This document shows, piece by piece, positions 22,235 to 32,097 of a stretch of DNA of 57,405 bases; position 1 is the first letter of the stretch, and every line of letters begins with the position of its first letter. This DNA is from a virus. Taxonomy: Duplodnaviria; Heunggongvirae; Uroviricota; Caudoviricetes. Location of the stretch: the IMG/VR virus record IMGVR_UViG_648028025_000017. One strand, 5' to 3'. Made by a program: the position numbers and the translations under genes. Under the pieces are notes generated by a model. That model saw only the letters and a program-made list of their open reading frames with translations. It was not told the origin of the DNA and made no database searches.

Positions 22235-23029
22235 GTCTTACCCCCAGAAGGGGATCTGTTCAAATTAGGAATTATGGATATGGTCGCTTGAACAAATCCG
22301 GGTTACGGTTGATTTGTAACGGGTTTGTTCGTGACCGCATTCATGAGCAAATCAGGCGTGGATTGCGCCAACAATACATGCCGCTCATATCACGAAGCCC
22401 AGCCATTGATGCTGGGTTTTCTTTTTTAAAGCGTACTAGACAACCGTATCCACAGAGTGTCAGCAATGAGTTGGTTAGGTCTGGTTCTTGGTGGAAGTAC
22501 GCTTTAAAAAATGGGCTGATGGTGTAGCCCAAAATACTGAGTGAATGGTAAGGATGAACAACGGTTTTGCTCTGGGTGGATTTGGCTGTGGTGGCCGGCG
22601 CTGATCTCCGGCTTGTATACAGGCACCTTGTTCTTCCGAAGCTCTCCTGCGCGCATCAGCCTGCGCATTCACCACACCGGAAAGAGCACTCAGTTGTACC
22701 GGCCAGTTGTGCCACTAAGAAATGCTTTCGCAGACCGTTAAGCTCTTTGCCAGTTCTTTAATGCTCTTACCTGTTGTGTGCCCATTATTAATCACACCGG
22801 GCCAGTGCGCCGAATTTGTTTACAAGGAGTCGGAAGACCTTGCTGACTTACAGGCTATTACGCCGCCATCAGAACAACATCATCGTTTGCATTTATCTTT
22901 GTGGTCAGTTTCTAAAAAACCGCAAAGTCGCCAACTCTGACGAAAACTATCGTTGTGCTGCCACAACGATAAGAGCACTCGGTGCATTTAAGCCAAGCCC
23001 CATAAGGGAGAATGCTCTTACCTGTTACA

Positions 23030-23095
23030 CAGATATAAAAAATCCCGAAACCGTTATGCAGGCTCTAACTATTACCTGCGAACTGTTTCGGGATT
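23030..23095 (-). terminator. Candidate tR'-like intrinsic terminator of the short late leader transcript downstream of Q
   Basis: 11-bp inverted repeat AATCCCGAAAC/GTTTCGGGATT (23041-23051 / 23085-23095) followed on minus strand by T-run. Confidence 0.45.
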
Positions 23096-23306
23096 GCATT
23101 TTGCAGACCTCTCAGCCTGCGATGGTTGGAGTTCCAGACGATACGTCGAAGTGACCAACTGGGCGGAATCGGTAGTAAGCGCCGCCTCTTTTTATCTCAA
23201 TACCACAACGAGCGAATTAACCCATCGTTGGGTCAAATTTACCCAACTTTATTCAATAAGTCAATATCATGCCGTTAATATGTTGCCATCCGTGGCAATC
23301 ATGCTG

Positions 23307-23930
23307 CTAACGTGTGACCGCGTTCAAAATGTTGTCTGCGATTGACTCTTCCTTGTGGCATTGCACCACCAGAGCGTCATACAGCGGCTTAACAGTGCGT
23401 GACCAGGTGGGTTGAGTAAGGTTTGGGATTAGCATCGTTACAGCGCGATATGCGGCACTTGCTGGCATCCTTGAATAGCCGACGCCTTTGCATCTTCCGC
23501 ACTCTTTCTCAACAACTCTCCCCCACTGCTCTGTTTTTGCTATATCAACCGCACGGCCTGTACCGTGACAATCTCTGCATCTTGCGCCCGGCGTCGCGGC
23601 ACTACGGCAATAATCCGCATAAGCGAATGTTGCGAGCACTTGCAGTACCTTTGCCTTAGTATTTCCTTCAAGCTTTGCCACGCCACGGTATTTCCCCGAT
23701 ACCTTGTGTGCAAATTGCATCAGATAGTTGATAGCCTTTTGTTTGTCGTTCTGGCTGAGTTCATGCTTACCGCAGAATGCAGCCATTCCGAATCCGGCTT
23801 GTGATTGCGCCATCCCCATAGCAGCCATCACATCAGTACCGGAAAGAGAGTCAGAAGCCGTAGCCCGTGGTGAGTCGCTCATCATCGGGCTTTTTGGCGA
23901 ATGAAATTTAGCTACGCTTTCGAGTCTCAT
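23307..23930 (-). CDS. Q: Late-gene antiterminator Q (lambda-type)
   Basis: Start at [21 protein letters not shown] overlapping upstream stop (ATGA); near-identical to recalled lambda Q. Confidence 0.9.
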   Translation of the reverse strand: MRLESVAKFHSPKSPMMSDSPRATASDSLSGTDVMAAMGMAQSQAGFGMAAFCGKHELSQNDKQKAINYLMQFAHKVSGKYRGVAKLEGNTKAKVLQVLATFAYADYCRSAATPGARCRDCHGTGRAVDIAKTEQWGRVVEKECGRCKGVGYSRMPASAAYRAVTMLIPNLTQPTWSRTVKPLYDALVVQCHKEESIADNILNAVTR

Positions 23931-24592
23931 GCGCCTTCTCCCTGTACATGAATCAATGTGAGGTTTCCGCAGAACACTGCGCCGGTATCGATATACATCT
24001 GGTTGGCAAACTTGAGTGGTTTCACTGCTGGCGTATGACCAAAGATGAACATGTCCGCTCCTTTGATTTCTTTCACGATCCCGTCTTGTGAGTTGCTGAT
24101 TCGTTCGCGGTTCCAAATTAACTGCTGATGATCAACTGGCTTTCCAAACTCGTATTCGTCACAAGGATAATCGGCGTGGCAGATGACATATTTTTTATCT
24201 TTGCTCACCAGTTCGATGATTAACGGAAGTTCACCTGCTTTATGGGCAAGAGCTTTAGCCAGAATTTCTTTGTCGTAATCGAGATTAAAGAACCAGCCAC
24301 CGCCATTAAGCAGCCAGTGATTGACGTTTCCACGCTCTGATAAGCCATCAATCATCATTTGCTCATGGTTTCCACGTACAGCTCTGAACCAGGGGAATGT
24401 GATTAATTCCAGACATTCGACGTTCTCTGTACCGCGATCGACCAAATCGCCAACCGAGATAAGCAGGTCTTTTTTGGTGTCGAATCCTATCGTCTCCAGT
24501 TTTTTCATCAGGTTCGTGTAGCATCCGTGCAGATCGCCAACTACCCAAATATTTCGGTATTTGCTGCCATCAATTCTTTCGTAATAGCGCAT
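23927..24592 (-). CDS. Ser/Thr protein phosphatase (lambda NinI/orf221-like)
   Basis: Start at [30 protein letters not shown] and GNHE metallophosphatase motifs. Confidence 0.9.
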   Translation of the reverse strand: MRYYERIDGSKYRNIWVVGDLHGCYTNLMKKLETIGFDTKKDLLISVGDLVDRGTENVECLELITFPWFRAVRGNHEQMMIDGLSERGNVNHWLLNGGGWFFNLDYDKEILAKALAHKAGELPLIIELVSKDKKYVICHADYPCDEYEFGKPVDHQQLIWNRERISNSQDGIVKEIKGADMFIFGHTPAVKPLKFANQMYIDTGAVFCGNLTLIHVQGEGA

Positions 24593-24776
24593 CTCTTTCA
24601 CTCCATCCGCGATGAACCATAAGAACGTCGTTGACGATGGCGTGCATTTTCCCGTCTTTATCATCAACGTATTTTCTTACCGTGCCGCGACTACATTTCA
24701 GTCTGCGTGCTACTTCTGTCTGGTTTCCGTATGCTTCAACGAGCATGTCTGGAATGGTTTTTACTGAGAACGTCAT
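24570..24776 (-). CDS. ninH: NinH
   Basis: 68 aa, [37 protein letters not shown] matches recalled lambda NinH. Confidence 0.85.
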   Translation of the reverse strand: MTFSVKTIPDMLVEAYGNQTEVARRLKCSRGTVRKYVDDKDGKMHAIVNDVLMVHRGWSERDALLRKN

Positions 24777-25378
24777 GCGGCCTCACTTCTGCTATTTCGC
24801 AGGTCTTTGAGTTTCTGTTGGTACTCTGCCTTGATCGCCTTGCACTCTTCGATAGTCCAGCGATGGCGGCTATGGTTTGATTCGATTTCGTCTACTGCTT
24901 CCTGCCCTATGCGGTTAATCAGTTCGACGCGATACGGAACGAGATTTCCGCTTTTGTGCTGGTTGCACACCACGCATTGCTTGTGAATATTGCGTTCATC
25001 AAATCGGAGTTGAGGTGCCGCAGCAGTTGTCCGGTAATGTCCGGCATCCCACTGAGCAGACGTGAGCGTTCCGCACGAGATACATGGTAAGTCGCGGTCT
25101 CTTTCTCTGATGAAGGCGTTTACAGCTTGTTGGGCTTGTTTAATCCAGTAACTGCGGGGCTTTAAGGCGAGTTTTCGAATCTTAAGTTTATCTTTCTGTT
25201 TCTGCTCCTCTCGTCGTCGTTTCTTCTCTGCTGCTTTTTCCGCTTTTTCGCGTTCTTTACTTCGTCGTTCGAGTGCTAATTGAGTTCCGTGTTCCGGGCA
25301 GCACCACCACTGATTTGAGAATGCCGGGTGAAACCATTCCTTGCATATTTTGCATTTCCTTCTCGCTGGTTTAGCCAT
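24773..25378 (-). CDS. ninG: NinG (Rap) recombination protein
   Basis: 201 aa; cysteine-rich N-terminus [10 protein letters not shown]...WCCPEH; position in nin region. Confidence 0.85.
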   Translation of the reverse strand: MAKPARRKCKICKEWFHPAFSNQWWCCPEHGTQLALERRSKEREKAEKAAEKKRRREEQKQKDKLKIRKLALKPRSYWIKQAQQAVNAFIRERDRDLPCISCGTLTSAQWDAGHYRTTAAAPQLRFDERNIHKQCVVCNQHKSGNLVPYRVELINRIGQEAVDEIESNHSRHRWTIEECKAIKAEYQQKLKDLRNSRSEAA

Positions 25379-25547
25379 CGTATTCTTCCTCGTACATTGA
25401 GCTATTCGGATCGCTCATCAGTTCTGCACAGCAGTGCTCACACACGTGAACTTCCAGCACATGCAGCTTCTGACCGCAGTTAGCGCACGTTAAAGCTCGC
25501 TCGACGCTTTCTTTCTGGTATTGAAGGGATTGGGATGGGCTAAGCAT
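25371..25547 (-). CDS. ninF: NinF
   Basis: Start at [40 protein letters not shown] matching recalled lambda NinF. Confidence 0.75.
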   Translation of the reverse strand: MLSPSQSLQYQKESVERALTCANCGQKLHVLEVHVCEHCCAELMSDPNSSMYEEEYDG

Positions 25548-25947
25548 GGCTTTCACCATTAAAAAGTCGCTTGTAAGCATCAATGTCTCGTTTTGCTTCA
25601 CCGAGCTTTCGTCTTAATTCCATGTTTTCTGATTCAAGCTTTTCCATGTCTTGTTGGTATCGATCGCGGTGTTCTTTCCATGCTTTTTGATACGCCTTCA
25701 TGTATGTCATATTGGCCTTTCTCTTTGCCTGACGAACTGCGTGGTGGTTTTTCACAAACCAGTCAGGGTCGTTAAATGCTGCTCTGGCGCATGTATACCA
25801 ATAATTTGTTGCCTCCCTGTTTAGCCAATAAATACTGATAAATGGCAACCGGATAGACACCATTTTTCGTTGTGACTCTTTCTCACCAAACATGTGGCCT
25901 TTTTTGATGCTAAGTCCAAATCCAGGTTGAATTAAAAGCATTGTCAT
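25540..25947 (-). CDS. Hypothetical basic protein in nin region (occupies ninE position; start uncertain)
   Basis: ORF 25540-25983 overlaps NinD 3' end; internal start MTMLLIQ assumed. Confidence 0.4.
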   Translation of the reverse strand: MTMLLIQPGFGLSIKKGHMFGEKESQRKMVSIRLPFISIYWLNREATNYWYTCARAAFNDPDWFVKNHHAVRQAKRKANMTYMKAYQKAWKEHRDRYQQDMEKLESENMELRRKLGEAKRDIDAYKRLFNGESHA

Positions 25948-26120
25948 TTCCTCGCACGATGTCTTAGCCACCGGATATCCCACAGGTGAGCCGTGTAGTT
26001 GAAGGTTTTTACGTCAGATTCTTTTGGGATTGGCTTGCGTTTATTTCTGGAGCGTTTCGTTGGAAGGTATTTGCAGTTTTCACAGATTATGTCGGTGATA
26101 CTTCGTCGCTGTCGTCTCAT
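25944..26120 (-). CDS. ninD: NinD
   Basis: Start [38 protein letters not shown] with GGAGG RBS. Confidence 0.7.
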   Translation of the reverse strand: MRRQRRSITDIICENCKYLPTKRSRNKRKPIPKESDVKTFNYTAHLWDIRWLRHRARK

Positions 26121-26527
26121 TCGTACCTCCTGTCGGTAAATCTGACGCCCTGACCAATAGCCCATGCTGTCGTGTACTCAATCAGACTTGCCATACGCTT
26201 CACACTCATCTGCGCGCTACTTTCGCGAATGTTGACGTATTCGCCTTCAAGGCCGGGCAAAACATCAGCTTCCTGCTTTGTTGCCACTGCATGACCGCTA
26301 ATCAACAAAACCTTCCATTGTTCTGGTTTTAACCACTTATCGCACCATTGAACCTGACGTGCGATATCCGCCAGCATCGCGTGAAATTTTGCGTTCTGGT
26401 CAAGGTTGCGCTTGTAGTCAGTAATGCGGATGGTGACTGGCTTGTCTTTATCGAGTGGTGTTGCGAGGATGGCGTTGATTGCGGCTTGCTGTTGTTGCTT
26501 AGTTCGGAGGAATATTGTTTGCTTCAT
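26117..26527 (-). CDS. ninB: NinB recombination protein
   Basis: 136 aa; [19 protein letters not shown] resembles lambda NinB. Confidence 0.8.
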   Translation of the reverse strand: MKQTIFLRTKQQQQAAINAILATPLDKDKPVTIRITDYKRNLDQNAKFHAMLADIARQVQWCDKWLKPEQWKVLLISGHAVATKQEADVLPGLEGEYVNIRESSAQMSVKRMASLIEYTTAWAIGQGVRFTDRRYE

Positions 26528-26867
26528 CGAAATTCTTCTCTTTAATTCCAGCGGCTCTGATAGCTTTCATTACTGCAATTACCGTTTTGTCACGCCCATC
26601 CTCATAACCCATCGCATAAGCACCTTCTTCACCATCTTTCCAAAAGTCGTCATTCGATTCTGGCCAGTCGATATCCAGTTCAATAGCTGCTCGCGATGCC
26701 TGCCATAAAGTCCACCACTCATTTAAGGAGTGACGAATATCCATGCTTGAAAATGCGAAGTACCTATCACCATTTCTTGCCTCGGTTATCATCTCGAATG
26801 GTAATCTCAATTTTTTGGCAACGTATTCCTCAAACTGCTTTCTTGATTCGTCCATATCACTCTCCAT
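26499..26867 (-). CDS. Hypothetical protein
   Basis: 122-aa acidic ORF, correct strand within nin region. Confidence 0.5.
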   Translation of the reverse strand: MESDMDESRKQFEEYVAKKLRLPFEMITEARNGDRYFAFSSMDIRHSLNEWWTLWQASRAAIELDIDWPESNDDFWKDGEEGAYAMGYEDGRDKTVIAVMKAIRAAGIKEKNFDEANNIPPN

Positions 26868-26882
26868 CGATGATTTTTTGGG

Positions 26883-27065
26883 TTACCAATAATATTTGAT
26901 AGTCGCCATAATTATCGGTAGCAACGCGCAGACAACTGAAAACCGTAAAACAAAACCTACTCCCAATATGCGATATCCATTATTCCAGAGAACAAAACTC
27001 ATCATCAGAAGGAATCCATGAAAAATCGCGACAAGAAATAAACTACAAATAAATGCATTTACCAT
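26883..27065 (-). CDS. Small hydrophobic protein
   Basis: 60 aa, two predicted TM segments; purine-rich sequence upstream. Confidence 0.4.
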   Translation of the reverse strand: MVNAFICSLFLVAIFHGFLLMMSFVLWNNGYRILGVGFVLRFSVVCALLPIIMATIKYYW

Positions 27066-27124
27066 CGGTACTTACCCCTCGCTCTTAATCCAATAAAAAA
27101 GGGTTTGCTTCACTGAACACTCCT

Positions 27125-27316
27125 TTATTTTTTATGCCTGTAACCCCATTCTTCCAGCAACCTTGCGGCGTACCACCCAAGAAACAAAGGAAAGAACATT
27201 ACAATGAGATATTCCCCGCCACGGTCAATGTTCGAAATTGACCAGATTACGATGTAACCAGTGCAGGACAGGAATATTACAAACCCCAAAAAGCTACTTC
27301 TTCGACTCATGCTCAC
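27125..27316 (-). CDS. Small membrane protein
   Basis: 63 aa, two hydrophobic segments; strong AAGGAG RBS. Confidence 0.5.
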   Translation of the reverse strand: MSMSRRSSFLGFVIFLSCTGYIVIWSISNIDRGGEYLIVMFFPLFLGWYAARLLEEWGYRHKK

Positions 27317-27320
27317 TCCT

Positions 27321-27536
27321 TCACTTTAAATCCAGACTCCGGATTATTCTGTTGCGCTGAAACTCATTGTTGAGTTTGAACAACCGTCGAAGGACACGGT
27401 CACGCGGATAGCGTCGTGCAGCAGGTGAATGCTCATACAACTCATCAATCGGCAAACTGGACGATGAACGATACCGATACCAACGCACCAACTCTTCACG
27501 AAAATTAGCCCTGACAAGCTCAGCTATCGTACTCAT
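27321..27536 (-). CDS. Small basic protein
   Basis: 71 aa; GGAGG RBS 9 nt upstream. Confidence 0.5.
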   Translation of the reverse strand: MSTIAELVRANFREELVRWYRYRSSSSLPIDELYEHSPAARRYPRDRVLRRLFKLNNEFQRNRIIRSLDLK

Positions 27537-27622
27537 TTCTTAAAGCCTCCAATTCCCTCTCCCCCAAATAAAAAGGCCTGCGATTACCAGCAGGCCTGTT
27601 ATTAGCTCAGTGATGTAGATGG

Positions 27623-28999
27623 TCATACGTCAGCCCCTTGTGCATATCGTCTGCCACGCGAAGCAGGTGCATTTGATGCTGTGCAAATCTGTCTGGCTTC
27701 ATCCTGGTCACATGCAACAAAGTGTCCGTTACAGAACCGCTGGTAAACCGTACCAAGTGGGCCAAACCGGTTTTTCGTCACAATGATTTCAGCAAATGGT
27801 GCGGCGCTACTGTTCTCGTCATATACCGCTTCCCGATAGAGCATGATGATTGAGTCTGCGTCCTGCTCAATGCTTCCTGAATCACGCAAATCTGCGTTTG
27901 TCGGGCGTTTGTTTGGTCGCTTCTCAACATCGCGCGAAAGCTGACTTAGGGAGATAACAGGCGTTTTCAGGTCTTTCGCCATCGCCTTCAGGCTTCCTGA
28001 GATGTGAGCAATTGCGAGGTCGTTGCGGTCTGCTTTCGGCTTCTCAATCAGGCCAAGATAATCCGCCATGATGAGTGACAGGTTTGGATTTTCCTGTTTG
28101 TTCCGCTCTGCGATTGAGCGAATTTCTTCTACCGATAACCGCGAGGCATCGACTACCCATACATCCAAATCTGCAAGCTGACTCATGCCGTTAGCAACAC
28201 GCGCCCAGCCTTCGTCATCCATCGATGCAGGATTTCGCAGTACGCTAACCGACATCCTCCCGGCGTTGGCAATGCTCCGCTCTGCAATCTGCAATGCGCT
28301 CATTTCCATCGAGAAAATCAACACTCCGCGCCGGACGTCAGAACCAGGAATAACGCGGCTTGCAACACCTTCGGCAATCTTCAGCGCCAGTTCGGTTTTC
28401 CCCATACCAGGACGAGCGGCGATAATCACCAGGTCTTCCGCGTTCATCCCTCCGGTGATGGCGTCAAGTTCTTCGATTCCGGTCTTCAGGGTATCTGACT
28501 CTTCTCCGTTCCTCAGACGCCTGTCAAGCGTGTCAGTGTAGTCAGTGATGATTTCCCCTAACCGTACAGGTTTAACCTCGTCACGGGGCTTTCTGATGGC
28601 TGAGAGACGCTTTACAAGCTCGTCCATCGCCTGACTCGATGTATCGATGGTTCCGCTCTGAATTGGTTCACGCATTTCGTCCATGATTTCCAGCACCAGA
28701 CGGCGGTGATAGTTATCCGCGACCATTCCGGCATATCCCTTCAGGTTTGCGGCACTCGGGCAGTTTTTGCTGGTCATCAGGATTGACGTGAAATGCTCCT
28801 CTCCGCACGCCTCGGCAACCATCAGCGCGTCGATTAGGTTTCTGTTTCTCGCCTGCTTACGGATAACTTCGAAGGCTTTCCGGTAGAGCGGAATTGAAAA
28901 CGCTTCCGGCTCCAGCGTTGCCAGAACGTCGCTGGCGGTTGGTGTTAATCCACCAATCAGCAAGCCACCGATAACGCTCGCTTCGATATCCTGTCTCAT
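27623..28999 (-). CDS. DnaB-type replicative helicase (P22 gp12-like)
   Basis: 458 aa; Walker [16 protein letters not shown]; RecA-like C-terminal domain; 4-bp overlap with initiator gene. Confidence 0.9.
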   Translation of the reverse strand: MRQDIEASVIGGLLIGGLTPTASDVLATLEPEAFSIPLYRKAFEVIRKQARNRNLIDALMVAEACGEEHFTSILMTSKNCPSAANLKGYAGMVADNYHRRLVLEIMDEMREPIQSGTIDTSSQAMDELVKRLSAIRKPRDEVKPVRLGEIITDYTDTLDRRLRNGEESDTLKTGIEELDAITGGMNAEDLVIIAARPGMGKTELALKIAEGVASRVIPGSDVRRGVLIFSMEMSALQIAERSIANAGRMSVSVLRNPASMDDEGWARVANGMSQLADLDVWVVDASRLSVEEIRSIAERNKQENPNLSLIMADYLGLIEKPKADRNDLAIAHISGSLKAMAKDLKTPVISLSQLSRDVEKRPNKRPTNADLRDSGSIEQDADSIIMLYREAVYDENSSAAPFAEIIVTKNRFGPLGTVYQRFCNGHFVACDQDEARQICTASNAPASRGRRYAQGADV

Positions 29000-29817
29000 G
29001 CAATCCCCCTGTCTGCAAACTTCCCTTCCCGAACTCCCGTTAACGAGTCTTCCCTCAGCAGGTAATCAAAATCTGCCGTCCAGCCCGTGTCGTTGTCTCC
29101 GAAGTAAAACGGCTTGGCCTGATGCACAAACGCCCTGACATACGCTCTGAAACCGTCCACGTTTGGCGTTTTCAGTTGCGGGATGATTTTCTTCAGGCGG
29201 CGTTTTCGTTTCTCGTTGACCGCAACAGCGTGTGGAAGTCTGTCACCGACTTCGGTGTTGTAGGCGTTCAGGAAGGATTCGTAGTCGATTCGTTCTGCCT
29301 TGCGACGTTCAGGTTTAACCTGCCCATCGCCGCCCCCGTTAGGGGGTAAGGGGGTATTTGTATTTATTGTCTTTTGTATATTGTCTTTTGTGTTTAGCTG
29401 ACTTGGCTTATACCCATTAGCCGACTCGGCTAATGTTTTATTAGCTGTTTTAGCTAATGTTAAGCTGTCCTGGCTAATCCACTGAGAAACCACCTTGTTC
29501 ACTCCGATTTTCACGCCATCAGCAATGAGGAATTTACGCTCAATAAGCTGGCGCTTGGCAGCGCAAACATGAGTGTGATGAATACCTGTCATGGCTGCTA
29601 TCTGCGTGTTTGTGAGTCGATCCATCGGCTTATTGAATCCGTATGTCTTGCGCATGATAGCGAGCATCACCTTCATCTGCCGGACGGTTAAATCAGCCAT
29701 CAGCAGACTGTCGATAATCTCGTTAGCAACGCGCATGAAACCATCTTCGGTATCTGCCACGCGATGCTCCACGACCTCCAGTTGAGGCCTGTAATCAGCT
29801 AACTTAACGACGCCCAT
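28996..29817 (-). CDS. Replication initiation protein (lambda O / P22 gp18-like)
   Basis: 273 aa; iteron-like repeats inside the gene (ori). Confidence 0.8.
   Translation of the reverse strand: MGVVKLADYRPQLEVVEHRVADTEDGFMRVANEIIDSLLMADLTVRQMKVMLAIMRKTYGFNKPMDRLTNTQIAAMTGIHHTHVCAAKRQLIERKFLIADGVKIGVNKVVSQWISQDSLTLAKTANKTLAESANGYKPSQLNTKDNIQKTINTNTPLPPNGGGDGQVKPERRKAERIDYESFLNAYNTEVGDRLPHAVAVNEKRKRRLKKIIPQLKTPNVDGFRAYVRAFVHQAKPFYFGDNDTGWTADFDYLLREDSLTGVREGKFADRGIA
29340..29480. repeat. Putative replication origin: iterons plus AT-rich segment inside initiator gene
   Basis: G-rich CCGCCCCCGTTAGGGGGTAAGGGGG, direct repeat TATTGTCTTTTGT x2 (29365-29377, 29379-29391), GCTAAT motif x3. Confidence 0.5.
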
Positions 29818-29965
29818 GTTTCACTCCTGCTTTGGCTAGTCTGTAAACACCAACAAGGCGCTCTGCGAACGCCCTGTTATTTGCTGCGGCTACCACTAAT
29901 CCCTCAGGTGAATCAGGGTGTCGAATCTCTTCTTTTTCCTGGTATTTCTTACGACGTTTTGTCAT
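29804..29965 (-). CDS. Small basic ORF (53 aa) between cII and initiator gene
   Basis: ATG with AGGAG RBS; MTKRRKKYQEKEEIRHPDSPEG...; ends overlapping initiator start. Confidence 0.35.
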   Translation of the reverse strand: MTKRRKKYQEKEEIRHPDSPEGLVVAAANNRAFAERLVGVYRLAKAGVKHGRR

Positions 29966-30000
29966 AATTACTCCTGTGGATTGATACAGTCTTTCTACAA

Positions 30001-30279
30001 TCAGGCCTCAAAACTGTTGCCGCAGTCTTGAGGCTTTTCTTTTGTCAGCACCATGGCTACTTTCTTTGCCAGCTCCGCTAATTCCTCGTCTTCAACACCC
30101 CACTCCAGCACAGCCAGAAGCATGGCCATCTTTGGGATAAAGCTGTCTTTCCATCGCGAAATTTGCGATTCATTGATCCCTAATGCATCAGCAACCTTTC
30201 GCTGACCACGTACAGCAATTCGATTCAGGATGTTGCTTGTAATTGCATTCGCTTTCTTGCGAGTACTTGTAAGTTCCAT
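30001..30279 (-). CDS. cII: CII transcriptional activator
   Basis: Start at MELTSTRKK with AAGGAAATA RBS; VADALGINESQISRWKDSFIPKMAMLLAVLEWGV close to recalled lambda CII. Confidence 0.8.
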   Translation of the reverse strand: MELTSTRKKANAITSNILNRIAVRGQRKVADALGINESQISRWKDSFIPKMAMLLAVLEWGVEDEELAELAKKVAMVLTKEKPQDCGNSFEA

Positions 30280-30336
30280 ATGTAAGTATTTCCTTAACAA
30301 ATAAGAAGTTATGCGCATCAACTTATGCGCGTTGTA

Positions 30337-30381
30337 TTCCCGCATTTCGGCGGGAATGAGGACCATGACTGTTAAAGAGCG
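30337..30381 (-). promoter_or_regulatory. nutR-like site (boxA CGCTCTTTAACA + boxB hairpin)
   Basis: On minus strand: CGCTCTTTAACA ... TCCCGCCGAAATGCGGGA, identical to the site upstream of N. Confidence 0.6.
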
Positions 30382-30388
30382 GTGTTAC

Positions 30389-30613
30389 TTATGCTGCCTG
30401 ATTCGGTTTTGGAAACAGGTGTGGCAAATCGGGGCGAATTTCGTAAGCCTTGATCTGCCCTCCAGTGGCGTTAACGATGGCGGTAACTTTCTCTGGAGAG
30501 ACCAACCCGCCTTTCAGCCATTTGTGTACTGCTGGCTGCGTTACACCACACTTGTCGGCAAGGCGCTTTTGGCTACCGACAATTTTCAAGGCTCGTTGAA
30601 TTACTAAATTCAT
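30389..30613 (-). CDS. cro: Cro-like repressor
   Basis: 74 aa from internal Met (AAGAGG RBS); HTH QKRLADKCGVTQPAVHKWLKG; divergent from cI across operators. Confidence 0.7.
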   Translation of the reverse strand: MNLVIQRALKIVGSQKRLADKCGVTQPAVHKWLKGGLVSPEKVTAIVNATGGQIKAYEIRPDLPHLFPKPNQAA

Positions 30614-30635
30614 GAGCATACCTCTTGTGGTCATT

Positions 30636-30712
30636 ACTTATAACCAAAGATAACTCAAGTTATAAAAAATAGCAATAACCTTTGTTATTTTACTTTGGAT
30701 AACCGTAGTTAT
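30636..30712. promoter_or_regulatory. OR operator region (three ATAAC-N4-GTTAT palindromes) with divergent promoters
   Basis: ATAACTCAAGTTAT (30650-30663), ATAACCTTTGTTAT (30675-30688), ATAACCGTAGTTAT (30699-30712). Confidence 0.7.
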
Positions 30713-30724
30713 AGATTTGTGGGT

Positions 30725-31432
30725 ATGAAAACATTCGCAGAAAGACTAAATGCAGCCATGAGCTCAGCAGGGGTATCACAATCACAGCTTGCTGACATGG
30801 TTGGAATATCTCAGCCAGCCATACAGAAGATGTCGTCCGGTAAAACAAACGGATCTCGCAAGATGGTTGAATTAGCCAATGCTTTAAAAGTGCGCCCTGA
30901 ATGGCTTAGTTCTGGTATTGGTGAAATGAGGGATGGTGCACATGAAGAACCATCCAATGTCCGTGATTCATCTTTAAAAGCTGTGGTATGGGAAGACATT
31001 AAAAGAAACGATGACGAGTTTGTTGCGTTGCCTCTTCTTAACGTTTCGCTTTCAGCTGGAAGCGGTAGCTGCGAGCTAGAGGAATCATCGGAGTTCTCTT
31101 TGGTTTTCAGAAAGCACTATCTGAAAAAGATGGGAGTATCTGAAAGATCAGCCAAGCTAGTTAGGGTTGTAGGGCAAAGCATGGAACCAACGCTTCACGA
31201 TGGCGATGTTGTTGGTGTTAACACGCAAGATACCACAATCAGAGATGGTAAAACCTACGCTATTTGCCAGTCTGATTTGTTACGAGTAAAAACATTAATC
31301 GCCACCCCTACATCGGTGATAATCAGATCAATAAATCGCGAAGAGTACCCGGATGAAGTAATGGATAGAGATGAATTTCATGAAACCGTAAGGATTATTG
31401 GCAGAGTATTCTGGTCGTCTCATAGTTGGTAA
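30725..31432 (+). CDS. cI: CI repressor (HTH + LexA/S24 peptidase-like C-terminal domain)
   Basis: HTH GVSQSQLADMVGISQPAIQKM; C-terminal GQSMEPTLHDGDVVGV autocleavage motif; start moved to Met downstream of operators. Confidence 0.85.
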   Translation: MKTFAERLNAAMSSAGVSQSQLADMVGISQPAIQKMSSGKTNGSRKMVELANALKVRPEWLSSGIGEMRDGAHEEPSNVRDSSLKAVVWEDIKRNDDEFVALPLLNVSLSAGSGSCELEESSEFSLVFRKHYLKKMGVSERSAKLVRVVGQSMEPTLHDGDVVGVNTQDTTIRDGKTYAICQSDLLRVKTLIATPTSVIIRSINREEYPDEVMDRDEFHETVRIIGRVFWSSHSW

Positions 31433-31472
31433 CCGATAATCAGAAGAAGACTTACGGAAGTGCGGAGGGATA

Positions 31473-31769
31473 ATGGAATTTCTGATAGTTTTTGTTGTTG
31501 TTTTGGTCATCATTCTTTTTGTTTTGCTAAGCATTAGTAAAAAGCTATCTCAAATGATTGAACATAGCTCTAATCGTGCAAAAGAAGAAGAGCATATAAT
31601 TGATATAAAAGAGATTCTCTCTGATATAAAAATCACATTAGATGAAATAAAATACACAACAGATCTAATTGAACAGTATAAAATACCAACCCCAAACGAG
31701 AGAAAAGCAATAGATCAATATCGTATTGACTTAGAAATCGACGAAATGCTAAGCAAAAGAAAAGACTAA
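31473..31769 (+). CDS. Small single-pass membrane protein, cI-linked moron (rex/sieB position)
   Basis: 98 aa; N-terminal TM FLIVFVVVLVIILFVLLSI; very AT-rich; 40 bp downstream of cI, followed by terminator. Confidence 0.6.
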   Translation: MEFLIVFVVVLVIILFVLLSISKKLSQMIEHSSNRAKEEEHIIDIKEILSDIKITLDEIKYTTDLIEQYKIPTPNERKAIDQYRIDLEIDEMLSKRKD

Positions 31770-31774
31770 AAACA

Positions 31775-31800
31775 CCCGGCCTCAGCGCCGGGTTTTCTTT
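31775..31800 (+). terminator. Intrinsic terminator ending the cI-moron transcript
   Basis: CCCGGC-CTCAGC-GCCGGG hairpin followed by TTTTCTTT. Confidence 0.7.
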
Positions 31801-31922
31801 TCCTGCCGTTCACCACCCAATCAACCATCCTCATCATAGACAAGCATCAAGCCAAAGGTAACACCTTCACCCCGCACGCAAGCCCTCAAACACCAATCAA
31901 TCAGCAACATTTACAAAAATAA

Positions 31923-32005
31923 AATACCTTTGTTATCCATCACTTATAACCTATTCACCATAAAATATAAATTAGGTTATTGACCACACCTATAACCTAA
32001 GTTAT
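31923..32005. promoter_or_regulatory. OL operator region / pL
   Basis: AATACCTTTGTTAT (31923-31936), ATAAATTAGGTTAT (31967-31980), ATAACCTAAGTTAT (31992-32005), related to OR half-sites. Confidence 0.6.
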
Positions 32006-32054
32006 CTTTAAGCCATCAGCAGGACGCTGGAAGCCAAACGGAACAGATTGGCAG

Positions 32055-32097
32055 GCTCTTTAACATTGATGGGATTGTCCCGCCGAAATGCGGGAAC
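32055..32097 (+). promoter_or_regulatory. nutL-like site (boxA + boxB)
   Basis: GCTCTTTAACA followed by CCCGCCGAAATGCGGG hairpin, upstream of N. Confidence 0.6.

Noticed and set aside
22722-23154. Plus-strand ORFs of 72 and 112 aa in the Q-S interval
   Set aside because: They are antisense to late transcription, lack RBS and any motif, and overlap the terminator hairpin; most likely chance ORFs in a regulatory region.
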